From: an uncultured Acidobacteriaceae bacterium
Lineage (GTDB): Bacteria > Acidobacteriota > Terriglobia > Terriglobales > Acidobacteriaceae
Length of the DNA stretch: 64,000 nt
Assembly (NCBI GenBank): GCA_963826875.1
Contig: CAWGYP010000023.1
Location: 458,602-522,601, forward strand
Direction: 5' to 3'
Position numbers and translations under genes: made by a program. Positions 38,260 to 47,523 of this stretch are shown here, in pieces. Positions within the stretch are counted from its first letter, which is position 1. Every line of letters starts with the position of its first letter. The notes under the pieces are model-generated. The model was not told the origin of the DNA. It ran no database searches and worked only from the letters and a program-made list of their open reading frames with translations.

Positions 38260-39390
38260 CTATCGATGGCCGGCGATAGGCAGGACGCGCTGGATCAATT
38301 CGTCGATAAATTTCTGCTTCTCCTCGAAAAATGGGAAATGGCCAGAGTGTTCAAACCAGATCAGCTCCTTCTGCGGAGCCGTCATCGCTTCGTTGTATTG
38401 CTGAACCAGGAGCGGACGGCAATAGGGGTCTTGTGTTCCTTCAAAGAAGAAGACTGGCACCTGGTACGCGCCCTTCCATTGAGTGAGATCGACAGTCGTT
38501 ACCTGGGGAAGCATCGTCTCAAGGGAAAGACTCTGGCCGCGGATAAAACCGGCGTCGTCCGCAAGAGAGTAATCAGGGGAGGACACCAGATCGGTGAGAA
38601 TTCTCCTGACATTCGTGAATCCCAATGGACTCGGAGGCAGCCCGAGTAATTCCCCTTCCCAGTGCCGCTCGATCCGCGACTGGCTCGCATCCGGTTTTGA
38701 CCGAGGGTACGGGTCAAGCCTCTCCAGCTCCTGGATTGCCTGTCCATTGTGGCGCTCATGTGCTCGCTGCAGAGCGTCCTGGTACGCTACCTGGTCGTTC
38801 TGCTCCATATTGATGACCTGGCCGGTGCCCACGTAGGCGTACATGACTTCGGGATGCTCTTGTGCCAACCAGAGGCCGAGGACACTTCCCCACGAATGCC
38901 CCAGAACAAAGATCTTCCTCCTCTTGAAACGAGCGCGCAGATAATTCGCCACCTCTAGTGTGTCCTGTTGCATTTGCGGAATCGTCATGCTTCTGCGCTG
39001 GACTTCTCTGTCATTCGAGGCGTAGGTCTTCCCTGCTCCGCGCTGATCCCACTGAACCACGGTGAAGTATTGTTCCCAGGGACCCTGGAAGGAGCCCGCC
39101 AGAGGAATAAAAGCAATGCCGGGACCTCCGTGGATAAACAGAAGTATGGGATTGTTGACATCCTGGCCCCGTACCTGAATCCATTGATCAATCCCGCCGA
39201 TTCGCACCCGCTCGAGGCTGTCGATGCCTTTGGGTGATGTGATGGCGCGCGCTCCAGCTACCTTGTGTTGGAGATATTTCCTATACAACAAGGCGGACGA
39301 GACCACCACAATAACCAGGCAAACGATTGCCATCGCGACATACTTTATGATTTTTTTGATCACTCTCGATTGATACGCGGAGCCATGCAT
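38260..39390 (-). CDS. Alpha/beta hydrolase (proline iminopeptidase-like), membrane-anchored
   Basis: N-terminal TM helix AMAIVCLVIVVVSSALL. HGGPG oxyanion motif (LLFIHGGPG). Nucleophile elbow GHSWGS. Confidence 0.8.
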   Translation of the reverse strand: MHGSAYQSRVIKKIIKYVAMAIVCLVIVVVSSALLYRKYLQHKVAGARAITSPKGIDSLERVRIGGIDQWIQVRGQDVNNPILLFIHGGPGIAFIPLAGSFQGPWEQYFTVVQWDQRGAGKTYASNDREVQRRSMTIPQMQQDTLEVANYLRARFKRRKIFVLGHSWGSVLGLWLAQEHPEVMYAYVGTGQVINMEQNDQVAYQDALQRAHERHNGQAIQELERLDPYPRSKPDASQSRIERHWEGELLGLPPSPLGFTNVRRILTDLVSSPDYSLADDAGFIRGQSLSLETMLPQVTTVDLTQWKGAYQVPVFFFEGTQDPYCRPLLVQQYNEAMTAPQKELIWFEHSGHFPFFEEKQKFIDELIQRVLPIAGHR

Positions 39391-39471
39391 ATTGGTTCCA
39401 CTTGCAGCTGAAAAGCAAGTCCGCATTTATGATCGTGCGAGGTCATTCCATTGCTCTCTCGGAGGAACACC

Positions 39472-41811
39472 ATGCCTGTTGCCAAGGCAACCGCTCTTTT
39501 CCTGTTGCCGCTGCTGGTCGTGTCGACCACGCCGGGGTTCGCTCAGCAAGCTGCAAACGAAAAGGAGATTACGCCCCTGGCCGGCTACTCCGCGACCGGC
39601 TCGGCCAGTGAACGGGACTGGGAGACGAAGTTCCGGGCGTTGCCGTCCCCGGACAATCTCCGCGAAGATATGCGCCGCCTCAGCGCTCGCCCGCATAACG
39701 TCGGGTCTCCCTACGACAAAGAAAATGCGGAGTGGATCCTGGCGCAGTTTAAACAGTGGGGGCTGCAGGCGGAGATTGAAACCTTCTACGTCCTCTTTCC
39801 CACGCCCAAACAGCGCGCTCTGGAACTGGTCGAGCCCACAACCTATACCGCCAAACTGCAGGAGCCCCCGGTGGCGGTGGATCCAACCTCCAACCAGCAG
39901 GCCGAGCAGTTACCCACCTATAACGCGTACAGCATCGACGGCGATGTAACCGCGCCGCTGGTGTATGTGAACCAGGGTATACGCGCCGATTATGACCGCC
40001 TTGACCGGATGGGAGTATCAGTCAAGGGAGCGATTGTGATCGCGCGCTACGGAGGTGCGTGGCGCGGTATCAAGCCCAAGGTGGCAGCCGAAAAAGGAGC
40101 GGTGGGCTGCATCATCTACTCCGATCCCAAAGACGACGGTTTCTCTCCCGGCGTCACTTTTCCCGAGGGCCCCTTTCGTCCCGAGCAGGGGGTGCAGCGC
40201 GGCGCAGTAACGGACACGCTCTATAACGGCGATCCGCTGACGCCTGGCTACGGAGCGACCAAAGATGCGAAACGGCTGCCTATCCAGGGTAATCCGCTGA
40301 TCACGAAAATTCCCACCCTGCCCATCTCCTATGGCGACGCGCAGCCGCTGTTGGCGGCGATCGGTGGGCAGACCGTGCCCCCGGAGTGGCGCGGCAATTT
40401 GCCCATCACCTATCATGTCGGTCCGGGGCCTGCGAAGGTGCACCTGCAGGTAAGCTCCAACTGGGACATCAAGCCGATCTACGACGTTATCGCCCGCATC
40501 CCTGGATCATCGTTTCCCGATCAATGGATCATTCGCGGCAACCATCATGATGCCTGGGTGAATGGTGCGGAAGACCCGGTCTCCGGACTGGTCGCACTCC
40601 TCGAAGAGGCGCGCTCGCTGTCGGAACTGGTCAAGCAAGGATGGAAGCCTAAGCGCACCATCGTGTTCTGCGCCTGGGATGGCGAGGAGCCGGGGCTGCT
40701 GGGATCGACCGAGTGGGTCGAGACTCACCAGGACGAGCTGCACATGAAAGCAGTGATGTACATCAACTCCGATACCAACGCCCGCGGGTTTCTTGGAATC
40801 GAGGGCTCGCACACTTTGGAACACTTTATCAATGGAGTTGCCCGGGACGTGCCCGACCCGGAGACTCATTTGAGTGTCTGGAAACGCGCCCAGTTATACC
40901 AAATCGCCCATCCTGAAACGGAAGGGGCACGCAAAGAGGCGCGCAGCCGCGACGATCTACGCATTGACGCGTTGGGCGCCGGCTCGGATTATTCGCCATT
41001 CCTCGACTTTGCCGGCATCGCCTCCATCAACCTCGGCTTCTTCGGGGAAACCAGGGGTGGTATCTACCACTCCATCTACGACGATTTCTATTGGTACACC
41101 CACTTTGCGGATACCGACTTCGTCTACGGGCGCGCACTCGCGCAGACCGCCGGCACCGCCGAGATGCGAATGGCGGATGCAGACTTGCTGCCCTTTGACT
41201 TCCACGCTTTCGCCGATACGATTCACGTCTATGTGGGAGAAGTGAAAAAGCTGTTGAAAGACAAGCAGACTGAGATTGAGGAAACAAATAAGCAGCTGGA
41301 CGAAGGAGTCTTCACCGCGACTGCCGATCCGAAGATAACCTCGGTGCCGCCGCCGCGCAAGATGGTTCCTCCGTATCTGAACTTTGCTCCGTTGGACAAT
41401 GCCGACGCTATGCTGACGCAAAGTGCAGACCGTTACACCAAGGCGCTGGCTGCGCGAGCCAACGGCGGTCTGGCGCTCGATCCCCAGGCGCTGGCACAGT
41501 TGAACACCCTGCTCATACAGAGCGAACGCAAACTGACTCTGGACGCCGGCCAGCCAGGACGCCCATGGTACAGGCATCAGATTTACGCGCCCGGTGCCTA
41601 CACAGGCTACGGAGTGAAGACGCTGCCCGGAGTGCGGGAGGCGATCGAGCAGGATAACTGGAAACTGGCCGAGGAGCAGGTCCCCGTGGTGGCACGGGTG
41701 CTCGAAGACGAGGCCGCTCTGATTGAAACGATGACGGGGTTGCTGGGACAGGCCTCCATGACTGCAGCTGCAACTCCAGAAGTGCTGGAACCCAGTGATG
41801 GCGGGCATTGA
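39472..41811 (+). CDS. M28-family peptidase, glutamate carboxypeptidase II (PSMA)/transferrin-receptor-like
   Basis: Signal LFLLPLLVVSTTPGFAQ. RGNHHDAWVNGAEDPVSG and FCAWDGEEPGLLGSTEWVE parallel the zinc-ligand regions of GCPII. PA-domain-like insert and a C-terminal helical dimerisation-like region. Confidence 0.85.
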   Translation: MPVAKATALFLLPLLVVSTTPGFAQQAANEKEITPLAGYSATGSASERDWETKFRALPSPDNLREDMRRLSARPHNVGSPYDKENAEWILAQFKQWGLQAEIETFYVLFPTPKQRALELVEPTTYTAKLQEPPVAVDPTSNQQAEQLPTYNAYSIDGDVTAPLVYVNQGIRADYDRLDRMGVSVKGAIVIARYGGAWRGIKPKVAAEKGAVGCIIYSDPKDDGFSPGVTFPEGPFRPEQGVQRGAVTDTLYNGDPLTPGYGATKDAKRLPIQGNPLITKIPTLPISYGDAQPLLAAIGGQTVPPEWRGNLPITYHVGPGPAKVHLQVSSNWDIKPIYDVIARIPGSSFPDQWIIRGNHHDAWVNGAEDPVSGLVALLEEARSLSELVKQGWKPKRTIVFCAWDGEEPGLLGSTEWVETHQDELHMKAVMYINSDTNARGFLGIEGSHTLEHFINGVARDVPDPETHLSVWKRAQLYQIAHPETEGARKEARSRDDLRIDALGAGSDYSPFLDFAGIASINLGFFGETRGGIYHSIYDDFYWYTHFADTDFVYGRALAQTAGTAEMRMADADLLPFDFHAFADTIHVYVGEVKKLLKDKQTEIEETNKQLDEGVFTATADPKITSVPPPRKMVPPYLNFAPLDNADAMLTQSADRYTKALAARANGGLALDPQALAQLNTLLIQSERKLTLDAGQPGRPWYRHQIYAPGAYTGYGVKTLPGVREAIEQDNWKLAEEQVPVVARVLEDEAALIETMTGLLGQASMTAAATPEVLEPSDGGH

Positions 41812-42499
41812 GCTCTCTGCCGGTGGGTATGAGGAGTTGGATAAGGCCGGCTTCACCGTCGTACCGGGAGCAGTGCCGGCCGAGGATATTGACTCGGTAG
41901 CCGCTGCCCACGACGCGGCAGTCGCAAGTGCCGCTCCTGATGACATCAGGGTTGGTAGTTCGACTACGCGCGTGAACGGCCTCGTCAATCGCGGCCCGGC
42001 GTTCGACGCGCTGTACCTTCACCCGTTGGTTCTCAATGCATGCAGCTACATTTTGGAAGAACCGTTCAAACTGAGCGCGATGCATGCTCGGACGCTGCGG
42101 CCAAACACCGGCGCGCAAAATCTTCACGTAGACTACCAGCGCGATCGCCGCGGTTGGACGATGATCGGATTCATCTACATGGTTGATCCGTTCCGGGACG
42201 ATAACGGCGCAACTCGTTTTGTGCCAGGTTCGCACTTGTGGTCTACGGTTCCACCTGCCGGTTCTACAGCAGGCTATCCGGGGCAAATTCTGGCGTGTGG
42301 TCCGGCGGGCTCGATGATTCTATTTAACGGGTCTGTTTGGCATGGACACGCGGCGAATCGTTCGGCCGACCCTCGACGTTCTATCCAGGGCGCCTACATT
42401 CGTCGTAATGCCGAGTCGAAAGCCGACATGACGACAAGCCTGCTTCCTGAAACGCTCTCTCGCCTCAGTCCCCTGGCGAAATATCTGCTCGCCGTTTAA
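41798..42499 (+). CDS. Phytanoyl-CoA dioxygenase (PhyH)-family Fe(II)/2-oxoglutarate oxygenase
   Basis: LHVDY...FVPGSHLW...GSMILFNGSVWHGHAANRS fits the PhyH facial-triad layout. Overlaps the preceding gene end. Confidence 0.7.
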   Translation: MAGIELSAGGYEELDKAGFTVVPGAVPAEDIDSVAAAHDAAVASAAPDDIRVGSSTTRVNGLVNRGPAFDALYLHPLVLNACSYILEEPFKLSAMHARTLRPNTGAQNLHVDYQRDRRGWTMIGFIYMVDPFRDDNGATRFVPGSHLWSTVPPAGSTAGYPGQILACGPAGSMILFNGSVWHGHAANRSADPRRSIQGAYIRRNAESKADMTTSLLPETLSRLSPLAKYLLAV

Positions 42500-42515
42500 T
42501 CGTTACCAAGATCAT

Positions 42516-42724
42516 CCACAGAGTACCCAGGGGAAAGAACCGCAGGTCCCTCCACTATGCTTCGCTCGGTCGGGCCTGTTCACGGTCGGGATGACAATTC
42601 TGTTGTGCCCGGGACAGCTTCAACGAGGGATACTCGACCCCCGCAACAGAATTGTCATCCCGACCGGAGCTCCGAAGGAGCGTAGTGGAGGGACCTGCGG
42701 TTCTTTCCCCTGGGTATTCTGTGG
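42516..42724. repeat. Long imperfect palindrome (REP-like) between convergent genes
   Basis: Left arm 42516-42605 and right arm 42644-42724 are reverse complements over about 43 nt (CCACAGAGTACCCAGGGGAAAGAACCGCAGGTCCCTCCACTA) and 23 nt (CGGTCGGGATGACAATTCTGTTG) blocks. Confidence 0.8.
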
Positions 42725-42726
42725 TT

Positions 42727-45195
42727 CTATTCGCGTCTGAGTGCTTCCGCAGGCTCCAGCTTCATGGCCTTGACTGCCGGAAACAATCCACCAACGGCGC
42801 CTGTAAGAAGCAGCGTGAGCGATGCTGTCGTCAGGGTTGCAGGATCTGCAAATGAGGTGGCGAAGAGCATGTGCGAGAAGAGGCGAGAAACTCCAATCGC
42901 GCATGGAAGCCCAACGCCAATACCGATGAGGGTGATCTGTACGGCCTCTTTAAGGACCAGCGTAAGTATCCCGGTTCGCTGGGAGCCCAGCGCCATCCGA
43001 ACCCCGATTTCCCTGGTCCTGAGAATTACAGAATAGGTAAGGAGACCAAAGAGGCCAAAGCCTGCAACCAAAACCGCAATCACTGCGAAGAAAGTCGAGA
43101 GCGATGCGGTGAGTTGCTCATTGACCAGAGAGATATCCATTGTTTGCGCAAGAGTGCTGGTCCTGGTTGAATACTCTCGCCCAAGAGATCTGACTTCCTG
43201 CTCGAGGGTTCTACCGAAATCCGGATTGGGAGTTCCACGGACGAGCAGCATTCCACCATCCTTGGAAAACCCATATTGTGACGAGGGCACAAAGATGTAT
43301 GTCGCATCGCCGTCGCGGATATCCTGCAGCCTCGCTGATTGCGATATGCCGATGATTTGCAAGTCCTGCGAATCGGGCTGCACCCCAAAGTGAACGCGCT
43401 TGCCAATAGGATTCTCTGAGCCAAAGAGTCGACTTGCGAGCAACTTGTCGAGGATGGCCACATGAGGATGGTGGATATCGTCCGTCCACGCGAAGTCTCT
43501 GCCCGCCAGAAGCGGAATGCCGAGGGTCTGGAAGAACCCTGGCGTGATCGCCATCCGCGACGCCGCCACGGTATCCTCGGGGCTCGTTGCCGTTGTCCGG
43601 CCGACAGTATCCTTCCAACCGTAGTTCACGGCAAGGATTGTCTCATCGGTGAAAGTCGCAGACCGGACCGAGGGCAGACTTTCCACTGCTTCGGCAAGTT
43701 GCTTTCGGTAGGTCTCCATATCGATGCCGTCATAGCCATGCGGCACCGGACTGAGATCGAGTTCAGTCACTCCCACCTTGTTGAAACCAGGATCGAAAGC
43801 TTTGAGGCTTTCGAGTGTTCGCAGAAACAGTCCGGCGGTCTGGAGAACGATCAGCGAGATAGCAACCTGAGAGATGATAAGAGCTTTGTTCAGGCTCGCC
43901 ATGCCGCCGCTCATGGTGCGTGCATTTTCACGCAGGGTCGATCCCGGTCGTTGTCGCAACAGTTGCCACACAGGTAATAGGCCCGTCAGCGAGCCAGTGA
44001 ACACAGCCGCGGCAATCGTGAAGAAAAAGATGCGCCAGTCCGGCCGGATGTCGAGCAGCGCCGGTACAGTCTCACCCCGGGTTGCGAGTCTGATAAGTAA
44101 TTCGCTTCCCCACGACGACAAACAAAGAGCCAGCAAGGATCCTGCGGCGGAGAGAATCAGTGTCTCGGCCATGAACTGGCGAACTGCCTGCCATGGGCTG
44201 GCCCCCAGGGCGATGCGCGTGCCGATTTCATGGCGACGTGAGCCGGCCCTGGCCAGTGTGAGACTCGCCAGATTTACGCAAATTACCAGCAAGATGAGCG
44301 AAACGACGCCCATCAGTAGAAATAGCGGCGTTTGCACTCTGCTGCGAAGATCGCCGTTGGTGTCTGCGCCGTTCGCGACCGATGCAATTTGCAAACCCAT
44401 GGAGAGGAACGATTGCCTTCGTTCGCCCGCGGCACCGGTGGGAACAGTGGCTTCGAGCACGCGAGGCCAGACAGCCTGAAGCTGCGCAGAAGCGTGTTCG
44501 ATGGTATCGCCAGTGGCAAGCCTTCCAGTAACAAGTAGCCAAAGAAGATGACGGCTTTCGAGGTCAGTCAACTGGGCTGCCCCGGCCGGGATCGTAATCT
44601 CTGGCGGTGATCCTACCGTCAAGCCGGTGAACCACTTCCCGGTAACTCCAATGATGGTGAAAAGCTTGCCATCGATGTGAAGCGTACGGCCCACAACGTT
44701 GGGATCGCCTGCGAAGCGTTCTTGCCAAAGTTGGTAGCCAATCACTGCGACCTGCGAAACCTGGCTGCCTTGGGTATCCTCGGCACTGATCAATCGGCCA
44801 AGGAGCGGGCGGGCGCCCAAAACGGAGTAACAGTTGCTGGTGACCGATCGTATATTCGAGAGCGATGCGGTCTGGTTGATCTCGACAGTGAAGTCTTGCC
44901 CTGGGGTCCAGCCGCAAAGACCGCGGAACGCCCGCTGCCGGCGCTCCAACTCGGCAAACATGGGATAAGAGAACGGTACCTTCGAGTGCCCACGGTATGA
45001 GCCGCTGAGGCCAACCAATTGCTCAGGGTGCGGCAGTGAAAGCGGGCGGAGCAGCAGAGCATCGACAACGGTGAAGACGGAAAGAGCTGCTCCGATCCCG
45101 GCTGCGAGCGCAAGAACAAATATGCAAGCAAAGATGGGGCTGCGGGCAATCGCCTTCAGACTGTGGGCGAGTTCTCTCATGGTCCATTCCATCAA
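42727..45195 (-). CDS. ADOP-type duplicated MacB/FtsX-like permease
   Basis: 822 aa with two FtsX modules. C-terminal EIGVRMALGS...AEALRRE. No PadR gene is adjacent. Confidence 0.9.
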   Translation of the reverse strand: MMEWTMRELAHSLKAIARSPIFACIFVLALAAGIGAALSVFTVVDALLLRPLSLPHPEQLVGLSGSYRGHSKVPFSYPMFAELERRQRAFRGLCGWTPGQDFTVEINQTASLSNIRSVTSNCYSVLGARPLLGRLISAEDTQGSQVSQVAVIGYQLWQERFAGDPNVVGRTLHIDGKLFTIIGVTGKWFTGLTVGSPPEITIPAGAAQLTDLESRHLLWLLVTGRLATGDTIEHASAQLQAVWPRVLEATVPTGAAGERRQSFLSMGLQIASVANGADTNGDLRSRVQTPLFLLMGVVSLILLVICVNLASLTLARAGSRRHEIGTRIALGASPWQAVRQFMAETLILSAAGSLLALCLSSWGSELLIRLATRGETVPALLDIRPDWRIFFFTIAAAVFTGSLTGLLPVWQLLRQRPGSTLRENARTMSGGMASLNKALIISQVAISLIVLQTAGLFLRTLESLKAFDPGFNKVGVTELDLSPVPHGYDGIDMETYRKQLAEAVESLPSVRSATFTDETILAVNYGWKDTVGRTTATSPEDTVAASRMAITPGFFQTLGIPLLAGRDFAWTDDIHHPHVAILDKLLASRLFGSENPIGKRVHFGVQPDSQDLQIIGISQSARLQDIRDGDATYIFVPSSQYGFSKDGGMLLVRGTPNPDFGRTLEQEVRSLGREYSTRTSTLAQTMDISLVNEQLTASLSTFFAVIAVLVAGFGLFGLLTYSVILRTREIGVRMALGSQRTGILTLVLKEAVQITLIGIGVGLPCAIGVSRLFSHMLFATSFADPATLTTASLTLLLTGAVGGLFPAVKAMKLEPAEALRRE

Positions 45196-45409
45196 AACCC
45201 CAGTCTAACAAGCTCCGCGAATTGTTCGATTCTGAACACCGGAATCCAATTATGGACGGCCGTCGATACGGCTAACCTCCCTACTCCCAATTCTGGCTGC
45301 TGCTGACCGTGGTATGAGGAATGCATGAAACATAAGGCCTGATGCAACTACTATGGTTTACGTGACGCGGATCCGTCGCACCCGGTTCTTTCTCGAGGAG
45401 GCTCCAATC

Positions 45410-47110
45410 ATGGGTTCGAGGCTCTTGGTTCTGGCAGTACTGTCGTTTTTGACGGTATCCTGCGCTCCAGGGCAGCATGCCGCCGCTCCAGCCGGAAGTC
45501 CTTCCGCTCGAGTGGATGAGCTGTTCCAGAAAATGGACTCGACAGTTACGCCAGGCTGCGCCCTTGCTGTTGTGAAAGACGGTAGGATCCTTTACGAGCG
45601 CGGCTACGGCATGGCGGATCTGGATCATAACGTGCCCATCACCCCGGCTACCGTGTTTCACGTGGCCTCGATGTCGAAGCAGTTCACGGCAGCTTCGATC
45701 GTTCTATTGGCCCAGGAGGGAAAGCTTTCCCTCGATGACCCGGTGCGCAAGTACATCCCCGAGCTGCCGGATTTTGGGGTTCCGATCACGATTCGCCAGC
45801 TGATCCATCACACCAGCGGCCTGCGCGACCAATGGGACCTGCTCGGTCTGGCGGGTTGGCGCTATTCGCTGGATCTGATCACCGATGACGACGTCCTCGC
45901 TGTCATGTCGCGCCAACGAGATCTGAATTTCCCTCCAGGCTCCAGGCATCTGTACAGCAACACGGGTTACACGCTGCTGGCTCAGATAGTGAAGCGGGTG
46001 AGTGGACAATCCTTTCGCGAATTCACAACCTCCCACATCTTCCAACCGCTGCAAATGGACAGTACGAGGTTTCGCGACGACCACGCCGAGGTAATCAAAA
46101 ATATCGCCTATGGATATCAGCCCGCCCAGAATGCCTTTCTGATCAGCATCACGAACTTCGATACCGTAGGCGCCACCAGCCTGCTGACGACCGTCCAGGA
46201 TCTGGCCCTGTGGGATGAAAATTTTTACCACCCTCGAGTCGGTGGCCCGCAGATGATCCAGCAGTTGCTGGAACGCGGAAAATTGAACAACGGCGAGCAA
46301 ATCGACTATGCCTTCGGGCTTGTCATCGGGACCTATCGTGGTCTTGCCACGGTCGACCACGCGGGCGGAGATGCCGGCTATCGCTCCGACATGATTCGTT
46401 TTCCAGACCAGCACTTCACAGCGGAATGCCTGTGCAATACAGCCGCCGCAGATCCCAGCCAGCTCAATCGCAAGGTGGCCGACATCTACCTGGGCAACGA
46501 AATGAAGCCTGCCGAAGCTACCCGTGGCAGCGACGAGAAAGGGGTACAGCTCACCGCGGACCAACTCAGGAGTAAGGCGGGTACCTACCTCAACTCAGAG
46601 AACGAAGACGTACTCAGGATCACGGTCAAAGGCGATAAACTGCAGGCCGGCTTCGGGACGGGCGAGCAGAGCTATGAGATGAAGGCTGTCAGTGACCGCC
46701 ACTTCCGGCTATTGATTGCCCCGGTGGATTTAACCTTCGAGGCGTCCAAGCCGGAAGGCTCGCTGCAGCTTCTCCTCAAGGATGGGGAGAGTAAACCCGA
46801 TGTTTTCGCGGCAGTCGCGCCCTTTGCCCCCTCGGCCATTGACCTGAAAAACTATGCCGGGATATACAGCAGCCAGGAGATAGACCCGTTGTATGAAATG
46901 AAGGTCGAGCAAGGTGGACTCGTGCTGTACCGGCTCAAGAACAAGCCTGATGTCCTGCAACCAATCACGCGCGATCTTTTTGCTGGATCGATAGGCAATA
47001 TCCGCTTCACCCGCAACCAGCAAGGGCAAGTCTCCGGTTTTATGTTGAGCAACGGACGGATACAGAATTTTCGCTTCGAGAAAGGTCGACCGGCAATTCC
47101 GCCAGCCTGA
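45410..47110 (+). CDS. Serine hydrolase (beta-lactamase/PBP4* family), lipoprotein
   Basis: ATG 45410 after GAGGAGG. Lipobox LSFLTVSCA. SxxK (ASMSKQF) and YxN (YSNTGY) motifs. Confidence 0.85.
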   Translation: MGSRLLVLAVLSFLTVSCAPGQHAAAPAGSPSARVDELFQKMDSTVTPGCALAVVKDGRILYERGYGMADLDHNVPITPATVFHVASMSKQFTAASIVLLAQEGKLSLDDPVRKYIPELPDFGVPITIRQLIHHTSGLRDQWDLLGLAGWRYSLDLITDDDVLAVMSRQRDLNFPPGSRHLYSNTGYTLLAQIVKRVSGQSFREFTTSHIFQPLQMDSTRFRDDHAEVIKNIAYGYQPAQNAFLISITNFDTVGATSLLTTVQDLALWDENFYHPRVGGPQMIQQLLERGKLNNGEQIDYAFGLVIGTYRGLATVDHAGGDAGYRSDMIRFPDQHFTAECLCNTAAADPSQLNRKVADIYLGNEMKPAEATRGSDEKGVQLTADQLRSKAGTYLNSENEDVLRITVKGDKLQAGFGTGEQSYEMKAVSDRHFRLLIAPVDLTFEASKPEGSLQLLLKDGESKPDVFAAVAPFAPSAIDLKNYAGIYSSQEIDPLYEMKVEQGGLVLYRLKNKPDVLQPITRDLFAGSIGNIRFTRNQQGQVSGFMLSNGRIQNFRFEKGRPAIPPA

Positions 47111-47186
47111 CCATCTGCTCAAACCAGGCCCCATCCCTTGACTTCTATGGCTTCGGCCGACCATACTTAGATGTATAGGGGTCAAC

Positions 47187-47513
47187 ATGGCGAGAAATGA
47201 TCTTCAGGGCAGTCTGGACCTTCTGGTCCTCAAGACGCTGGCACAGATGGGCGAACTGCACGGCTACGGAATCGTCGGGCATATCCAGAGAGCCTCGGAA
47301 GAACTCCTGAGCGTAGAAGAGGGTTCTTTGTATCCGGCGCTCCACCGCATGGAGCAAAGCGGGTGGATCAGCTCCAAGTGGGCCCTCACTGAAACCAATA
47401 GAAAAGCCAAATTCTACAAGCTGACCCCTGCTGGCCGTAAGCAACTACAGATCGCAGAAGAAAGCTTTGAGCAACTCGTCAAAGGCGTTCGCGCCATTCT
47501 TCGCTACGCGTGA
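47187..47513 (+). CDS. PadR-family transcriptional regulator (acidobacterial type)
   Basis: LQGSLDLLVLKTLAQMGELHGYGIVGHIQRASEELLSVEEGSLYPALHRMEQSGWISSKWALTETNRKAKFYKLTPAGRKQL. Confidence 0.9.
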   Translation: MARNDLQGSLDLLVLKTLAQMGELHGYGIVGHIQRASEELLSVEEGSLYPALHRMEQSGWISSKWALTETNRKAKFYKLTPAGRKQLQIAEESFEQLVKGVRAILRYA

Positions 47514-47523
47514 GGTCGATCCC

